Origin: a virus
Direction: 5' to 3' (one strand)
Length of the DNA stretch: 64,000 nt
UHGV virus genome: UHGV-0141727
How positions within the stretch are numbered: position 1 is the stretch's first letter; each line of letters begins with the position of its first letter. The notes below the pieces were generated by a model. It was not told the origin of the DNA and did no database searches. It was given only the letters and a program-made list of their open reading frames with translations. Below are positions 17,612-27,575 of the stretch, in pieces. The translations under genes and the position numbers were made by a program.

Positions 17612-18454
17612 CTAAGGTGCAAAATTATAATCCAGCGCCCAGGCGTCGAGCGGGAGTTCATCGAGATGAAGCACTCTTTCCGTCGTCCGGTCTGGCCTTC
17701 CTGCGAACTGGATGCCGTCTAATTGAATGATCGTATCGCTAATAGATAGTTCATCGACCATCTCTTGCGTCGTGTACACCCCCTCAATAAAGGACACTTC
17801 CGCAGATAAGCAATTCAGGATCTCCGCCATTTCCGGCAATGTTGCGCTCAACTGGAAAGAAACACCATCAAACACGATATGCAATGGCAATAGCGGCGCT
17901 ATAACCGTATCAAAATCAGCAAGTAGCTTCTGTACAGCAACGTCTCGGTCATCGCTATCATAAGCTCGATACAGCTTATTTTGGTTGACGACAACCAGCC
18001 CTCTGGATGTCAGGAAAAACTCACCATATTGTGCCTGAGCGGTCGGTATTTCATTTGCGGTCGCGAAGAATGAACCATAGGGATGTTTTTCTGTATCGAC
18101 AGGCGCATACAAAGGTTCCCATGAGACGGGGATTGTGCCAAATTCACGCCAGAACGTTTGCTCTATCGGCCTTACTGTTCCTTTGAAGTGCACCTCATCC
18201 AGTCGTTGAGCTAATAGCATTGGCCTGCGTGTTTTGTCCGTTTCTGTGATAACAAAGAAACGACCATATTCAGCAATGCGAGTGTCCATATCCTCGCTTG
18301 CCATTGTGAAAAACGATTTACGGTTGCTTATTCGCGTGAGAATAGGTTCAACCGATTCATTCCACACGTCCTGAATCGTATCAACAAAGGCGGCCCACAA
18401 TTTAGAATCCTGTTTAAATTGCGTCAGACGCTCTTTTAGCCAGTTATTCTGCAT
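17612..18454 (-). CDS. baseplate protein (P1 gp16 / P2 gpI position)
   Basis: 280 aa, downstream of the baseplate J-like gene. Confidence 0.4.
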   Translation of the reverse strand: MQNNWLKERLTQFKQDSKLWAAFVDTIQDVWNESVEPILTRISNRKSFFTMASEDMDTRIAEYGRFFVITETDKTRRPMLLAQRLDEVHFKGTVRPIEQTFWREFGTIPVSWEPLYAPVDTEKHPYGSFFATANEIPTAQAQYGEFFLTSRGLVVVNQNKLYRAYDSDDRDVAVQKLLADFDTVIAPLLPLHIVFDGVSFQLSATLPEMAEILNCLSAEVSFIEGVYTTQEMVDELSISDTIIQLDGIQFAGRPDRTTERVLHLDELPLDAWALDYNFAP

Positions 18455-18463
18455 TGTGACCTC

Positions 18464-19894
18464 TTACGGATAGGTTATGCTGAACGTTGATGATTCCACG
18501 TCCAGATAAACAAAATCATTAAAGTACACAGCTTCTTTCATGTTCTGCGTAGCCACGTCATAAGACAGGAACATATCCAGCGATTCGATTACTCGCCAGA
18601 TATCTTTTACTTTGACCTGTGCATAACATTGCTGTGAGTCGTCATCACTCTGCAATAGCTGGCTAAATGACATGGAGTCTTTACCGAAGTTCTCCTCCAG
18701 TGCCGCTTTAATTGCAGTTAGCGCGTCATCCACCAGCACACTCTTTTTTACGATACCGGTAAATTTGATGTTGAACGGCTGTTCATTGGTGGCGACGTAT
18801 TCGAACTTCTTATTCAGCTCATTAGGGATACTCTCAAGGGCTGATAATATCTCTGTTTTCAGAGCTTCCTGTGTTACGCCGGGCTTATGCCCACAAAAGA
18901 AAATTTTGTTGATATTACGCACATCAAAGCCCGTTATTTTCTCCTGTAGCGCCTCCCCCCACACGTTAAGCCATGACGTGCCACTGACCACGTTCTGAAT
19001 GAACTGGCGGTAATCACCGCCCCAAACAACCTGCTCATCGTAGGCCACATAATACTGCGCCCTGTTTCGGGTTTCCTCGGTAGTTTCCATGCCACCACCG
19101 CCAGAAATGATCGAATCGGTTTTTACTTCCAGTGATTCGACATACCCGGAGATGTTCCCTGCTGGTTCAAGTTTCTGGCCTTCAGCCAGCGTGTAATCAC
19201 CGAGGCTTGCCATAATATCAATGCGTACCTGACTCCCTGCCGCTGGCATCATCCCCATTGATCCATCACCGAAGCGCACGCCGATCTGTTCTGTCGGCTT
19301 ATAAACCAACACATAATGTTTACTGTTATCCCTGGACATGCGGAATAGGGGGTTATGTGTCCATTTTTCCTCGACACCATTAGTTATCACGACAACTTCC
19401 AGGCTGGCGACTTCTGCTGTTAACTCACGGGAAAGTAACAACGTCAGGAATGGTGTTTCTTGCACCACGTCGAACGTTATGCTGACTGCTTCATGCTGTT
19501 TTACTTCTATGCCGGATACTGTTTCACCAGCAGGGATAACAACACTACTGCTTGTTGCAATTGGTGTCTGGTCGCTTGTCAGTAATTCAGCCCCTCCGGG
19601 TAGCGTAATATCCCTGTCGGTTTTGTTGGTGATGGAAACAGTGCCGTATGACGCATCGACCAAACGACCGACATAGCCACGGTCTTCCGCTGCCGCGAGA
19701 ATACTTGCTCTGCGCGTCGCGGTGGAAATGAATCCTTCTGTAAGTGCACGGCTTGCAAATGTACGCGCAATATAAACAATCTGCGCGCCCAAAACGGACT
19801 GCATTTGAATAAACTGGCTGTTTACAAATCGCGCCCACCAGGGGTTTTCGTTCAGCTTGGCATTAAACTTGTCCAGTAATTCGGTAATACTCAC
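18464..19894 (-). CDS. baseplate J-like protein (P1 BplA position)
   Basis: 476 aa. Size and position after the gp25-like gene; overlaps it by 4 nt. Confidence 0.6.
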   Translation of the reverse strand: MSITELLDKFNAKLNENPWWARFVNSQFIQMQSVLGAQIVYIARTFASRALTEGFISTATRRASILAAAEDRGYVGRLVDASYGTVSITNKTDRDITLPGGAELLTSDQTPIATSSSVVIPAGETVSGIEVKQHEAVSITFDVVQETPFLTLLLSRELTAEVASLEVVVITNGVEEKWTHNPLFRMSRDNSKHYVLVYKPTEQIGVRFGDGSMGMMPAAGSQVRIDIMASLGDYTLAEGQKLEPAGNISGYVESLEVKTDSIISGGGGMETTEETRNRAQYYVAYDEQVVWGGDYRQFIQNVVSGTSWLNVWGEALQEKITGFDVRNINKIFFCGHKPGVTQEALKTEILSALESIPNELNKKFEYVATNEQPFNIKFTGIVKKSVLVDDALTAIKAALEENFGKDSMSFSQLLQSDDDSQQCYAQVKVKDIWRVIESLDMFLSYDVATQNMKEAVYFNDFVYLDVESSTFSITYP

Positions 19895-20265
19895 GCTGTA
19901 TCTCCGCTATCTTTCTGCATAACAACATTCACGGTGCCTCCTTTTGCCTGGAAGCTAATTAGTAACTGGTCTTCAGAGACAGTCGCGCAGCGGATCGCCT
20001 GGAGTCCAAGCCCTGGTAAGTCCTGCTGTAGCTTCGTCATCATTCGCGCTTCAATCGCCACTTCAACAATGTGTGACGTATCAGAACCGAAGGGTTCGTG
20101 TTTGAACTCCTCCATCGGATTCCCCCATGACGGCAATCCGTAAACGCTGCCATTTGGTGTCCGTAGCCATTCATCGAGTCGGGCTATCCAGGCGTTTGTG
20201 TCGCCTTCAGCGATCACCACCCCGCTCTCGTTTGTCTGAAGGCGGGCATCAATCTCATAAAGCAT
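19891..20265 (-). CDS. baseplate wedge protein, GPW/gp25-like
   Basis: 124 aa. LRTPxGSxxxxPxxG and EVAIEARM...L pattern typical of gp25/W family proteins. Confidence 0.65.
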   Translation of the reverse strand: MLYEIDARLQTNESGVVIAEGDTNAWIARLDEWLRTPNGSVYGLPSWGNPMEEFKHEPFGSDTSHIVEVAIEARMMTKLQQDLPGLGLQAIRCATVSEDQLLISFQAKGGTVNVVMQKDSGDTA

Positions 20266-20270
20266 CGGTC

Positions 20271-23200
20271 TTAATCCTCCAGTAATTTGTCAAGAGATGG
20301 GTCATTGATAGTCGTGCTGGCACGCTGACGAGGTTGTGGTTGTGATGTGTTCACAACTTTGTCCTGATCGCCTTTGCGGTTGTCTTTGCTTACGCCAAGA
20401 ATCTCTTTGAGAACGGAATAAACGTTCTCCAGTGCTTTCAACATAGCCGGATCGTTATTTGCGGTATCTGTTGTTAGCATCTGCCTTATTCCGCTTCGAG
20501 CGAGGTCCGTGACGGTTGGTAGCTGAGGAGGCATTGCAAGGAACGGTTCTTTAGCAGCCACGCCCGAAGCAAACAGGCTTTGATTGATTGCGCCAGTCGT
20601 GTCCCTGATCGTATCCGCCGTTTTCTGTATGCCACCATTCAGCCAGCCGCCAACACTTCTTGTTAACGGACTAATAGCGCGAGCAACATCGGTATTCTGT
20701 CCAGAGGACTGCAATACAAAGTCATTTAACATTCCGGTGCTATCGATACCGCCAACAAGTCGCGAGAGGTTATCTCCAACGGCGGGGAGGACGGCGGAGC
20801 CTACCTGTTTAAGCCCTGACACCGTTGAATCAAATAGCGAGCCAAAGAAGCCCCTGTCCTCACCTTCAACCACCTTGTAGCCGTTGTCGTAAATCTGCAC
20901 ACCCGCCGGTGTCGATGTGGCACGCTTCCCGCTGATGGTTGCCGGACTCTCCGGAAGCAGGTCAATGGTTTCTGTATCGCGGTTAACGTTGCGCTTTTGC
21001 TGTATAGCCGTAGTGATATCGGCGATCTGTTCCGCCTTCTGGAAACTAAAGTTTTTGCCCGTTGCTCTGGATATTTTTTCAACAAGGAACTTATCCAATT
21101 GCTTGGCTTTTGCTGCTAACGAGGACATCTCTTCCGGAGAACTGACAGGGCCGAGATTTAGCCCCATATTGGGATCTCCCCCAACTATCCCGGCGATGAC
21201 GCCCCCAACACCGTCTGCACTCATTAACCGATCCGTCAATCCGGCTGCGGCGGAAGAGTTGCCACTAGCTTTCGCGTGGCTGATCGCCTGGGCATTTTCC
21301 TGTTGAGCCGCCTTCGGTTTTTTAGCTGCCTGTGCGTGTTGAACCACATCAGTAGGGGTAGGCATTACAGCCTGGGCTACGCTTGACGCAGGAATAGCAG
21401 AAGATGAGCCATTGGCGTATTTGACTTTGCTACCGACACTATATTGGGAGTTGCGAGCGATTAGAGGACCGCCCTTTTCCTTCTGGATTTTATTAATGTG
21501 TTCCAGCGTTTCATCATTGAATTGCCCTTCCCAACGCCCAGTTTTAGCGTTGAATGAACCAAGAGCTGTTTTGATGAAATTGTTGTTAACCGCCGGGTTC
21601 CCCCCCTCCTTCGTCGCAATAGCGCGAACAAGGTGCGTCATAACTTCAGGGTTACTAACGTCTATTTTATCGTTGGGGGATACCCCTAGATATTTGCTGA
21701 CGTTTTCAATGTACTGATTGGTGTTGTTCTCTGTTGGTGGTGCCCATTTTGAAATGATGCTGGATACTGTTTGCAGCTTCTGATACCCGGCGGCAGCACT
21801 TGTACCGTTGTAATAACTCGATACCTGGTTTGCCAATGCCCGAATCCCTTCTTCGGGCGTATTAAACCGCGCAAAACGCTGTTCGCCTTTCGCGTTCGGC
21901 GCTTCCAGTACCGCCCCCTCCTGATTTGCAAAAACCAGGTTCCCCAGGTTGTTATTCCGGTAATTCCTGTTCTTGGCGTTGCTTCCGCCTATATTCAGAT
22001 CAGCCGTTATTGTATTTTTTTCAGGCGCTTTAAATTCGTCTGGCGATTTGTAGCCGTGTTCACCCACGCCATCCTCACCTCTGCGCCCGCCCTGTAGCTG
22101 TCGGGCCAGATCATTAATTGCGGCTACCGTTTGCTTGGTGCCATCTTCAACGGCTTTCTTAACCTGCGCAGTGCCTTCGCTGCTTGATGAGAACGATTCT
22201 TTTAGGCTGCTGAATGCGTTCTTCGACGCGTCGATAGAACTATTTATGCCGCGAGCGATATTGCTGGTATCAAGACTCTGAAGTTTTTGTCCGACACCTT
22301 CAAAGCCTAGCGCGGACATCCCCTCGCCAATGAGGTTAGCCGCTCCCGTCACCAGACCGCCCATATCCAGGACGTTAGCAGCGGCGTAGGCGCTCTTTTG
22401 CTGTGTTGTAACGTCCTGCCCTTCCTTCAGGTTATAAGTCGCCCTCTGCGCTTCTGTGTCGCTGTAGCCGTCTACGGCATCATAACCAACCATAGCCACC
22501 TGGCCGATGACTGGAATCGCCCTGAATCCGGCCCTTGCGGCAACACCTCCGGCAGCTTTGAGAGCCACTTTTCCAGCTTCTTTTTTCGCGATGTTTTCAC
22601 CAGTGGCAACGGCAACCTTACCCGCCTCTTTCCTGGTAAGGCTTTCCCCAGCGGAAGTTGCCGCTTTACCAGCGTCTTTCCCTGCCGCTCCACCAGCCGC
22701 CGTTTTGGCTACGCTTTCTTCAGTGACCTTACCTGCTCTGGTTTTAACTGAAGATTTATCACCCGATGATTTTGGTGAGGTACTACCCTCGTTCCCACCA
22801 GCATTTTTTGTCCGATTTTTTTCCTCGCCCGCACTGTTGTTTTTGCCTGGCTGATTTTTTTTCCCCTCTTTGCCTTCCTGACTCCTGCCCGTCTCAGTAG
22901 GTTTGCTGGTGTTTTTTCCCTTCTTGCCCTTGTTTTCTTTACTGTCTCCAGTGCGGCCCGTGTTGCCACCACGTGCACTGCTACGACCGCGTGTAGGGGA
23001 TATTTTGGAACGTAATCTGCCACCGCCGAGGAGGTCGCTCAGTTTTAGCCCACTCTCCTGCGACTTTCGTAGTTTCCGGATCTCTTCGGATACAGTTTCC
23101 AGCTCATCAATTATCTGGCTGTCGTTGCGTTGAAGAACTTTCGTTTGTTCTTCGATCGCACGTACAGATTTTTCTTTAACGGCTTCAGTAAATGCCTTTG

Positions 23201-24134
23201 CTGAACCGGGCGCGTTATCTGGAGTCTTCCTTTCATTGTCAGGTGCCGGGTAAGTAATGGCGGGGGCTTTTGCGACCACCGGTGCGCCAGCCGCCTTGTC
23301 GTTGCCATTATCTATCCATTCTTTCAATGATTTAGCCTTACCAGTAATCTCGCGGCTGATATCAAATACGCCCCGTGCTGCCATCCATAGTGGACCACCA
23401 GCCCCTACCCCGGCAGCATCGGTTACAGCTCCATCGTCGGCTTTCCCTGAACCATCAACCCCCATAATGGAACCGAGTTTTCGCAGGAACCCAACCTGTA
23501 GTTTTGCCTGTGCGCGTAGCTCATTCTGGCGTGCGAGATCCTCGTTTTTTTTCTGAGAGGCAAATCGTCCGTTGCTATCCCGTAACGGTGCACCAGAGGT
23601 GCTCTGGCTTTCTCTAACTGGTTGTTCTTGCCTTGCAGGCTGAATGTCAGGAGTGAGCAACTGAATGCGCTCTGGCGATGACTTCGTGGCTTTGCCTTCA
23701 GCCAGTGGTGCTGTTTTTGATTCCGAATGAGCGGTGCGGTGATCTGCTGCTGCTTTTTGCGGATTATCTATCTCGCTAGTGTTGTTTATACGTAATCTCT
23801 GTTTCCTGGTAGGGAGCCGGTCTTTATACGGCCCCTGTGTGAAACTGTTGCGTTGCGCCCCTGCTTTCCCTGTTCGGGCCAAGCGACGACTTACGCGTCC
23901 TTGTGGTGCGTCGCTGGTATCAGGATTGCGTCCGTAAGACTCAAGTGCTTTTTTTATTTCTGAAAGCGCAGCTAGCTCTTTCGCGTTTGCCGTTTGTATT
24001 GCGTCGATTATCGCTATTCGGTCTTTTTTATCGTTCAAAATAACCTCACTTACATCGGCGGTGATCACCCTGTTTTTTTGGCGTGGGCTTTGTATTTCTC
24101 TTCCAGTGCTTTTTCCATATGGAGTGCCCGCCAC
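20271..24134 (-). CDS. tape measure / structural injection protein (P1 Sit-like) with cell-wall-hydrolase-like domain
   Basis: 1287 aa, GTG start. Long Gly/Lys/Ala-rich low-complexity core. Contains the RNNNLGNL...FARFNTPEEGIRAL module seen in virion-associated muralytic proteins. Precedes the baseplate genes. Confidence 0.65.
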   Translation of the reverse strand: MAGTPYGKSTGREIQSPRQKNRVITADVSEVILNDKKDRIAIIDAIQTANAKELAALSEIKKALESYGRNPDTSDAPQGRVSRRLARTGKAGAQRNSFTQGPYKDRLPTRKQRLRINNTSEIDNPQKAAADHRTAHSESKTAPLAEGKATKSSPERIQLLTPDIQPARQEQPVRESQSTSGAPLRDSNGRFASQKKNEDLARQNELRAQAKLQVGFLRKLGSIMGVDGSGKADDGAVTDAAGVGAGGPLWMAARGVFDISREITGKAKSLKEWIDNGNDKAAGAPVVAKAPAITYPAPDNERKTPDNAPGSAKAFTEAVKEKSVRAIEEQTKVLQRNDSQIIDELETVSEEIRKLRKSQESGLKLSDLLGGGRLRSKISPTRGRSSARGGNTGRTGDSKENKGKKGKNTSKPTETGRSQEGKEGKKNQPGKNNSAGEEKNRTKNAGGNEGSTSPKSSGDKSSVKTRAGKVTEESVAKTAAGGAAGKDAGKAATSAGESLTRKEAGKVAVATGENIAKKEAGKVALKAAGGVAARAGFRAIPVIGQVAMVGYDAVDGYSDTEAQRATYNLKEGQDVTTQQKSAYAAANVLDMGGLVTGAANLIGEGMSALGFEGVGQKLQSLDTSNIARGINSSIDASKNAFSSLKESFSSSSEGTAQVKKAVEDGTKQTVAAINDLARQLQGGRRGEDGVGEHGYKSPDEFKAPEKNTITADLNIGGSNAKNRNYRNNNLGNLVFANQEGAVLEAPNAKGEQRFARFNTPEEGIRALANQVSSYYNGTSAAAGYQKLQTVSSIISKWAPPTENNTNQYIENVSKYLGVSPNDKIDVSNPEVMTHLVRAIATKEGGNPAVNNNFIKTALGSFNAKTGRWEGQFNDETLEHINKIQKEKGGPLIARNSQYSVGSKVKYANGSSSAIPASSVAQAVMPTPTDVVQHAQAAKKPKAAQQENAQAISHAKASGNSSAAAGLTDRLMSADGVGGVIAGIVGGDPNMGLNLGPVSSPEEMSSLAAKAKQLDKFLVEKISRATGKNFSFQKAEQIADITTAIQQKRNVNRDTETIDLLPESPATISGKRATSTPAGVQIYDNGYKVVEGEDRGFFGSLFDSTVSGLKQVGSAVLPAVGDNLSRLVGGIDSTGMLNDFVLQSSGQNTDVARAISPLTRSVGGWLNGGIQKTADTIRDTTGAINQSLFASGVAAKEPFLAMPPQLPTVTDLARSGIRQMLTTDTANNDPAMLKALENVYSVLKEILGVSKDNRKGDQDKVVNTSQPQPRQRASTTINDPSLDKLLED

Positions 24135-24188
24135 TGCGGTAATTGTTCAACGTCACTAACTGGCTGGTAGCCGTATAACGTCAGGTTA

Positions 24189-25010
24189 TTAATAATGGTT
24201 AGCCATCCATTCAGATCTAATTGATGGGATAAACTCTCTATTGAGAAATGGGGCGTACAGCGTGGTAGTCACGTCTGCACCCTCCTTAGCGTTTTTGCAG
24301 CGTTGTGGCGGTAGGATCAGGCGGCTTGTGCCTCGTTCAATAGCCATTTTTAAGCCGTGGCGAAGGTCTTTCTGCATGAGCTGAATGCGAGCTACCAGAG
24401 GGGTAAACTCGGTTTCCAGTGCCATGTTTTCAATGATATCGAATCGTCTGTTTGCAGCTTGTGTGAAGTCTTCTGGATCGTCGTTCAGAGATGTACACAA
24501 GGCCAACTCAGCTATGCGGAGACGAGCAACCTCAGCACTGTACTCTGGAGTTTTCATATCAGGCAAAGTGGCGCGCATACGTTCAAGCAATTCAGCGCCT
24601 TTCCCTGTTAATGGTTTAAGCGTCCACTCGGTTGGTACTCCGTTTATAGGGACCATAGTTTTAATAAACGGCGGGACAGTCAGGATTTCTACCGTTTCGG
24701 CAAGGTCTGAAAGGTTAATATCTGCGTGATGAACGTTTCCACAGTGACCACACTCGTATGAGTAAGTCATTACGGCATCTGGTCTGGAATTGACAAAGAT
24801 CCACCAAAGCGCGGTTCTGCGATCCTGAACTGTCCAGTTTGAGCTGTCGTTAATTTCGCCGTCTTGCATGGCGTTGAGGTATTCTGTTGTGGTTGCCTCG
24901 TCTTCTGCCGGATTGATGTCTGAATATTTCAGGGCATCTTTCACAGTAGGTGCATGAAACTGAATTTCTATTTCAGGCTGTGAAGGCAATGGGAATTTGG
25001 GAATGTTCAA
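24189..25010 (-). CDS. structural/assembly protein upstream of tape measure (unknown)
   Basis: ORF 24189..25136. A GGAGGA SD 4 nt before TTG at 25010 is the favoured start, because the longer ORF would run into the origin (DnaA box/GATC cluster). Contains CGHCGNVHH. Confidence 0.4.
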   Translation of the reverse strand: MNIPKFPLPSQPEIEIQFHAPTVKDALKYSDINPAEDEATTTEYLNAMQDGEINDSSNWTVQDRRTALWWIFVNSRPDAVMTYSYECGHCGNVHHADINLSDLAETVEILTVPPFIKTMVPINGVPTEWTLKPLTGKGAELLERMRATLPDMKTPEYSAEVARLRIAELALCTSLNDDPEDFTQAANRRFDIIENMALETEFTPLVARIQLMQKDLRHGLKMAIERGTSRLILPPQRCKNAKEGADVTTTLYAPFLNREFIPSIRSEWMANHY

Positions 25011-25081
25011 GGATTCCTCCAGAAAAGTCGGTACTCGTTTGGCTGGAGGATAGGGAGTGTGTGATTTTGACTTTAACCTAT

Positions 25082-25330
25082 TTATCCACAGGGTAGATCC
25101 AATAAATAGATCCCAAAGAGAACCAGTAAGATCCAAAGAAGATCCCGGATCGCTGCGAGCCGCGCCATCACTGGCCTAAATGGAGATCAACATTGACTAT
25201 GTGCGATTTAATGTTGACTATGTGCGATTTTATGTTGACTGTACGCGATTTAATGTTGACTATATGCGATATAAACATTGACTGTATGCGATAATTCTCT
25301 CAGCCCTCAGACGGCTGTGGATAAGTATCT
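25082..25330. other. plasmid replication origin, P1 oriR-like
   Basis: Perfect DnaA boxes TTATCCACA at 25082-25090 and (complement) 25316-25324. Five GATC sites at 25097-25151 inside (A/T)AGATCC heptamers. Five iterons at 25190-25292. Confidence 0.75.
25190..25292 (+). repeat. five direct RepA iterons (incC-like), 21-22 bp phasing
   Basis: A(C/T)(A/G)TTGACT(A/G)T(G/A)(T/C)GCGAT at 25190, 25211, 25232, 25253 and 25275. Confidence 0.9.
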
Positions 25331-25372
25331 TTCATTTGGCTATAAAGCCCCGTCAATCAAGGAAATAACAGG

Positions 25373-26257
25373 ATGGTAGATGACAAAAAAGGCTTTCTGA
25401 ACGTTGAGGAAATATCAGGGAATACCGGAGAAATCCACAGCTTAAAGCCTAACAATAATAGCACTATTCAGCCGATAGCTTTGTTGCGGCTTGGGGTGTT
25501 TGTTCCCACATTGAAATCTACCAGTGTTGCTTTACGTCGCAAGAACGCCGGTTTAACTAACTCCACTGATGCGACAGAAGAACTGTCCAGCCTGAAGATT
25601 GTAGAGCAGGAAGGGTATCAGGGTATTGAGATTCATGGGCCACGTCTGGATATGGATACTGATTTTAAGGTGTGGATAGGCATTACATCTGCATTGTTTG
25701 ACTATAAACCAGATAATGATGGTGTGATCACCCTGACATTCTCTGAATTTGTGGATCGTTGCGGTTATCCAAGGAAGCGGCTGTCCAAGGCTTTTCGCAA
25801 GAGCATTGGCGACTCTCTAACGCGTATTCAGCAGACGTTGCTGAAGTTCAACTTGCCCACCAGCAAAGAACATGTTCGTTATATCCAGATGAATTTATTG
25901 GCATTTAGTGAACTTGATACTGAAAATGACATTATAAGAATCCAACCGCAGAAGCAGTTGTCTGAGTTGTATTACGTTGACTATAAGCGAATATTGAAGC
26001 TCAAAATGCTCGATAAACTTGGCAGGAAAGAGACAGCCAAGGTGCTTTATACGTTTTTCGAAGCGTTACCTTCAAACCCTGCGCCAGTGAGTATTGAGCG
26101 CCTTCGCGCCAGATTGAACCTCAAATCATCGGTTAGCGTTCAGAACAGTGTGATTCGTAAAGCCATGAAAGACTTGGAAGCTGTTGAATATCTTAAATTT
26201 TCAGAGATAAAGAATGGTCGGAAAATAGGTTTCCAGATCCATAAACGAAATCCATAA
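25373..26257 (+). CDS. repA: plasmid replication initiator RepA (P1 RepA family)
   Basis: 294 aa. TIQPIALLRLGVFVP and GPRLDMDTDFKVWIGI match recalled P1 RepA motifs. Flanked by iterons; AAGGAA SD. Confidence 0.9.
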   Translation: MVDDKKGFLNVEEISGNTGEIHSLKPNNNSTIQPIALLRLGVFVPTLKSTSVALRRKNAGLTNSTDATEELSSLKIVEQEGYQGIEIHGPRLDMDTDFKVWIGITSALFDYKPDNDGVITLTFSEFVDRCGYPRKRLSKAFRKSIGDSLTRIQQTLLKFNLPTSKEHVRYIQMNLLAFSELDTENDIIRIQPQKQLSELYYVDYKRILKLKMLDKLGRKETAKVLYTFFEALPSNPAPVSIERLRARLNLKSSVSVQNSVIRKAMKDLEAVEYLKFSEIKNGRKIGFQIHKRNP

Positions 26258-26486
26258 CATTGACTGTGTGCGATTCCAAGCGTTGACTATACGCGACAAA
26301 CATTGACGCTGGCGGATTTAGTTATTAACTTTTTCACATGATCAATGGATAAACCAGCTATTTCATTGAGTATTTGTCGCTTATAGTCAATCTTTCCTCA
26401 TTTCTTGTCGTGTGTAGTCAATGTTTTGTGATCGGGATCGAGTACAGTCAACATTAGTTGTAAGCCATTTCGCCTATAGTCAACAT
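26257..26486. repeat. incA-like iteron array downstream of repA (3 direct + 4 inverted)
   Basis: Direct copies at 26257, 26280 and 26300. Inverted copies (..GTCAATGT/GTCAACAT) at 26376-26393, 26407-26424, 26437-26454 and 26469-26486. Confidence 0.8.
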
Positions 26487-26502
26487 TTCTCCATCAGCAG
26501 TC

Positions 26503-26796
26503 TTAAGGGCAATTTCTACACCTCTCTGTAGGTGTAGGATTTGCCCTTAAAGATGGGAGATTGAGGGCAATTCTTACACCATTAGTGAGTTGGTTGGAGC
26601 TTTAACGGCTAACATCATTTGTAATTTATTGATTAATAAGTAATGTGTAAAAATCACCCTCAGATAGCATCGTATGTTATAGCTATTTTTATAGCACACC
26701 TGTTAAGTGTTTTTTGAATGTAACTCATTGATTTTGTTGTGATGTGTAAAAAATGCCATCATTGACGTAAACAGCAGGTGTAGAAATTGCCCTCAA
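26503..26796. repeat. second, unrelated 19-20 bp repeat family (6 copies) around an AT-rich core
   Basis: Consensus TT(A/G)AGGGCAATTTCTACACC. Copies at 26503-26522 (+), 26531-26550 (-), 26561-26580 (+), 26644-26662 (-), 26743-26761 (-) and 26777-26796 (-). The first two form a 20-8-20 palindrome. Confidence 0.7.
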
Positions 26797-26837
26797 GTTT
26801 GCCCCTTCCCCACCTTCTCGCACTTTAATATTGCATT

Positions 26838-27575
26838 TCAAAACTTGATCACGTTGCTGGCGGCGCTTTTAAGTGCGCTTGTTGCTAAACCAGCAGCTCC
26901 ATTGACTAATGCGGACAGGCCGGAACCAGCAGATGTGTATCGCTGGAACGTGATCGGATAGGACAAGAATTCGGACACCTGATCACGTGAGCGGCTGATC
27001 TCTCCTATCTGAGTAGGAAATACACGCATTTCCTCTTCCAGCTCTTTCCCGCCTTCCTGTGTAACGCGGTATAGCCTGATATTCATGAGATAATCTGGCG
27101 GCAGGTTTAGCGTACCATCGCTATTGGTTACACGGGCGCGGCGCTCCTTGAACCAATTCATTATTTTGCCGTCTTCTGTGTCTCTGACCGTCATTGTTAC
27201 CGGTCCGGCGGTTACGTGCGTTGGCTTATTGAACTCGACGCTACCAATGATTTTGCTTTCTGTTTCAATATTCCCGCTACTGTAAGTTATGTCCTTAACG
27301 AACATATCAAAGCCGCTTAATCCGTCTACATCTACCGTCCACTGCCAGCCCTGGGCATAGCGGATACGCATAGCCGTAGCAACTACGTTCTTTCCGTAAG
27401 CGATGTCATTGCCATAGCTCCCACTAACGCCACTGCCAGACACCGCTCTATCCAGAATGTCGCTGATAAGGTTGCTGGTGAATGATTTCGCGCTAAACGA
27501 TACCGCACTGGCTAGCGTTTGCGTTGCAGCACTAAAAATACTCACGTAGCCCTCCGTGTTAAAAAATGGTAGCAC
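26838..27575 (-). CDS. virion structural protein (unknown)
   Basis: 245 aa in the operon with sheath/tube-like genes; overlaps the upstream gene. Confidence 0.35.
   Translation of the reverse strand: MLPFFNTEGYVSIFSAATQTLASAVSFSAKSFTSNLISDILDRAVSGSGVSGSYGNDIAYGKNVVATAMRIRYAQGWQWTVDVDGLSGFDMFVKDITYSSGNIETESKIIGSVEFNKPTHVTAGPVTMTVRDTEDGKIMNWFKERRARVTNSDGTLNLPPDYLMNIRLYRVTQEGGKELEEEMRVFPTQIGEISRSRDQVSEFLSYPITFQRYTSAGSGLSALVNGAAGLATSALKSAASNVIKF

Noticed and set aside
20584-23556. Many plus- and minus-strand ORFs overlapping the Sit-like gene
   Set aside because: The low-complexity Gly/Lys/Ala-rich coding region keeps alternative frames open. The 1287-aa frame explains the region.
25190-26796. 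Regularly spaced short repeats that might be taken for a CRISPR array
   Set aside because: The units are 18-20 bp with 2-13 bp gaps and occur in both orientations. They flank a RepA gene. There are no unique spacers of ~30 bp and no cas genes, so these are iterons or protein-binding repeats.
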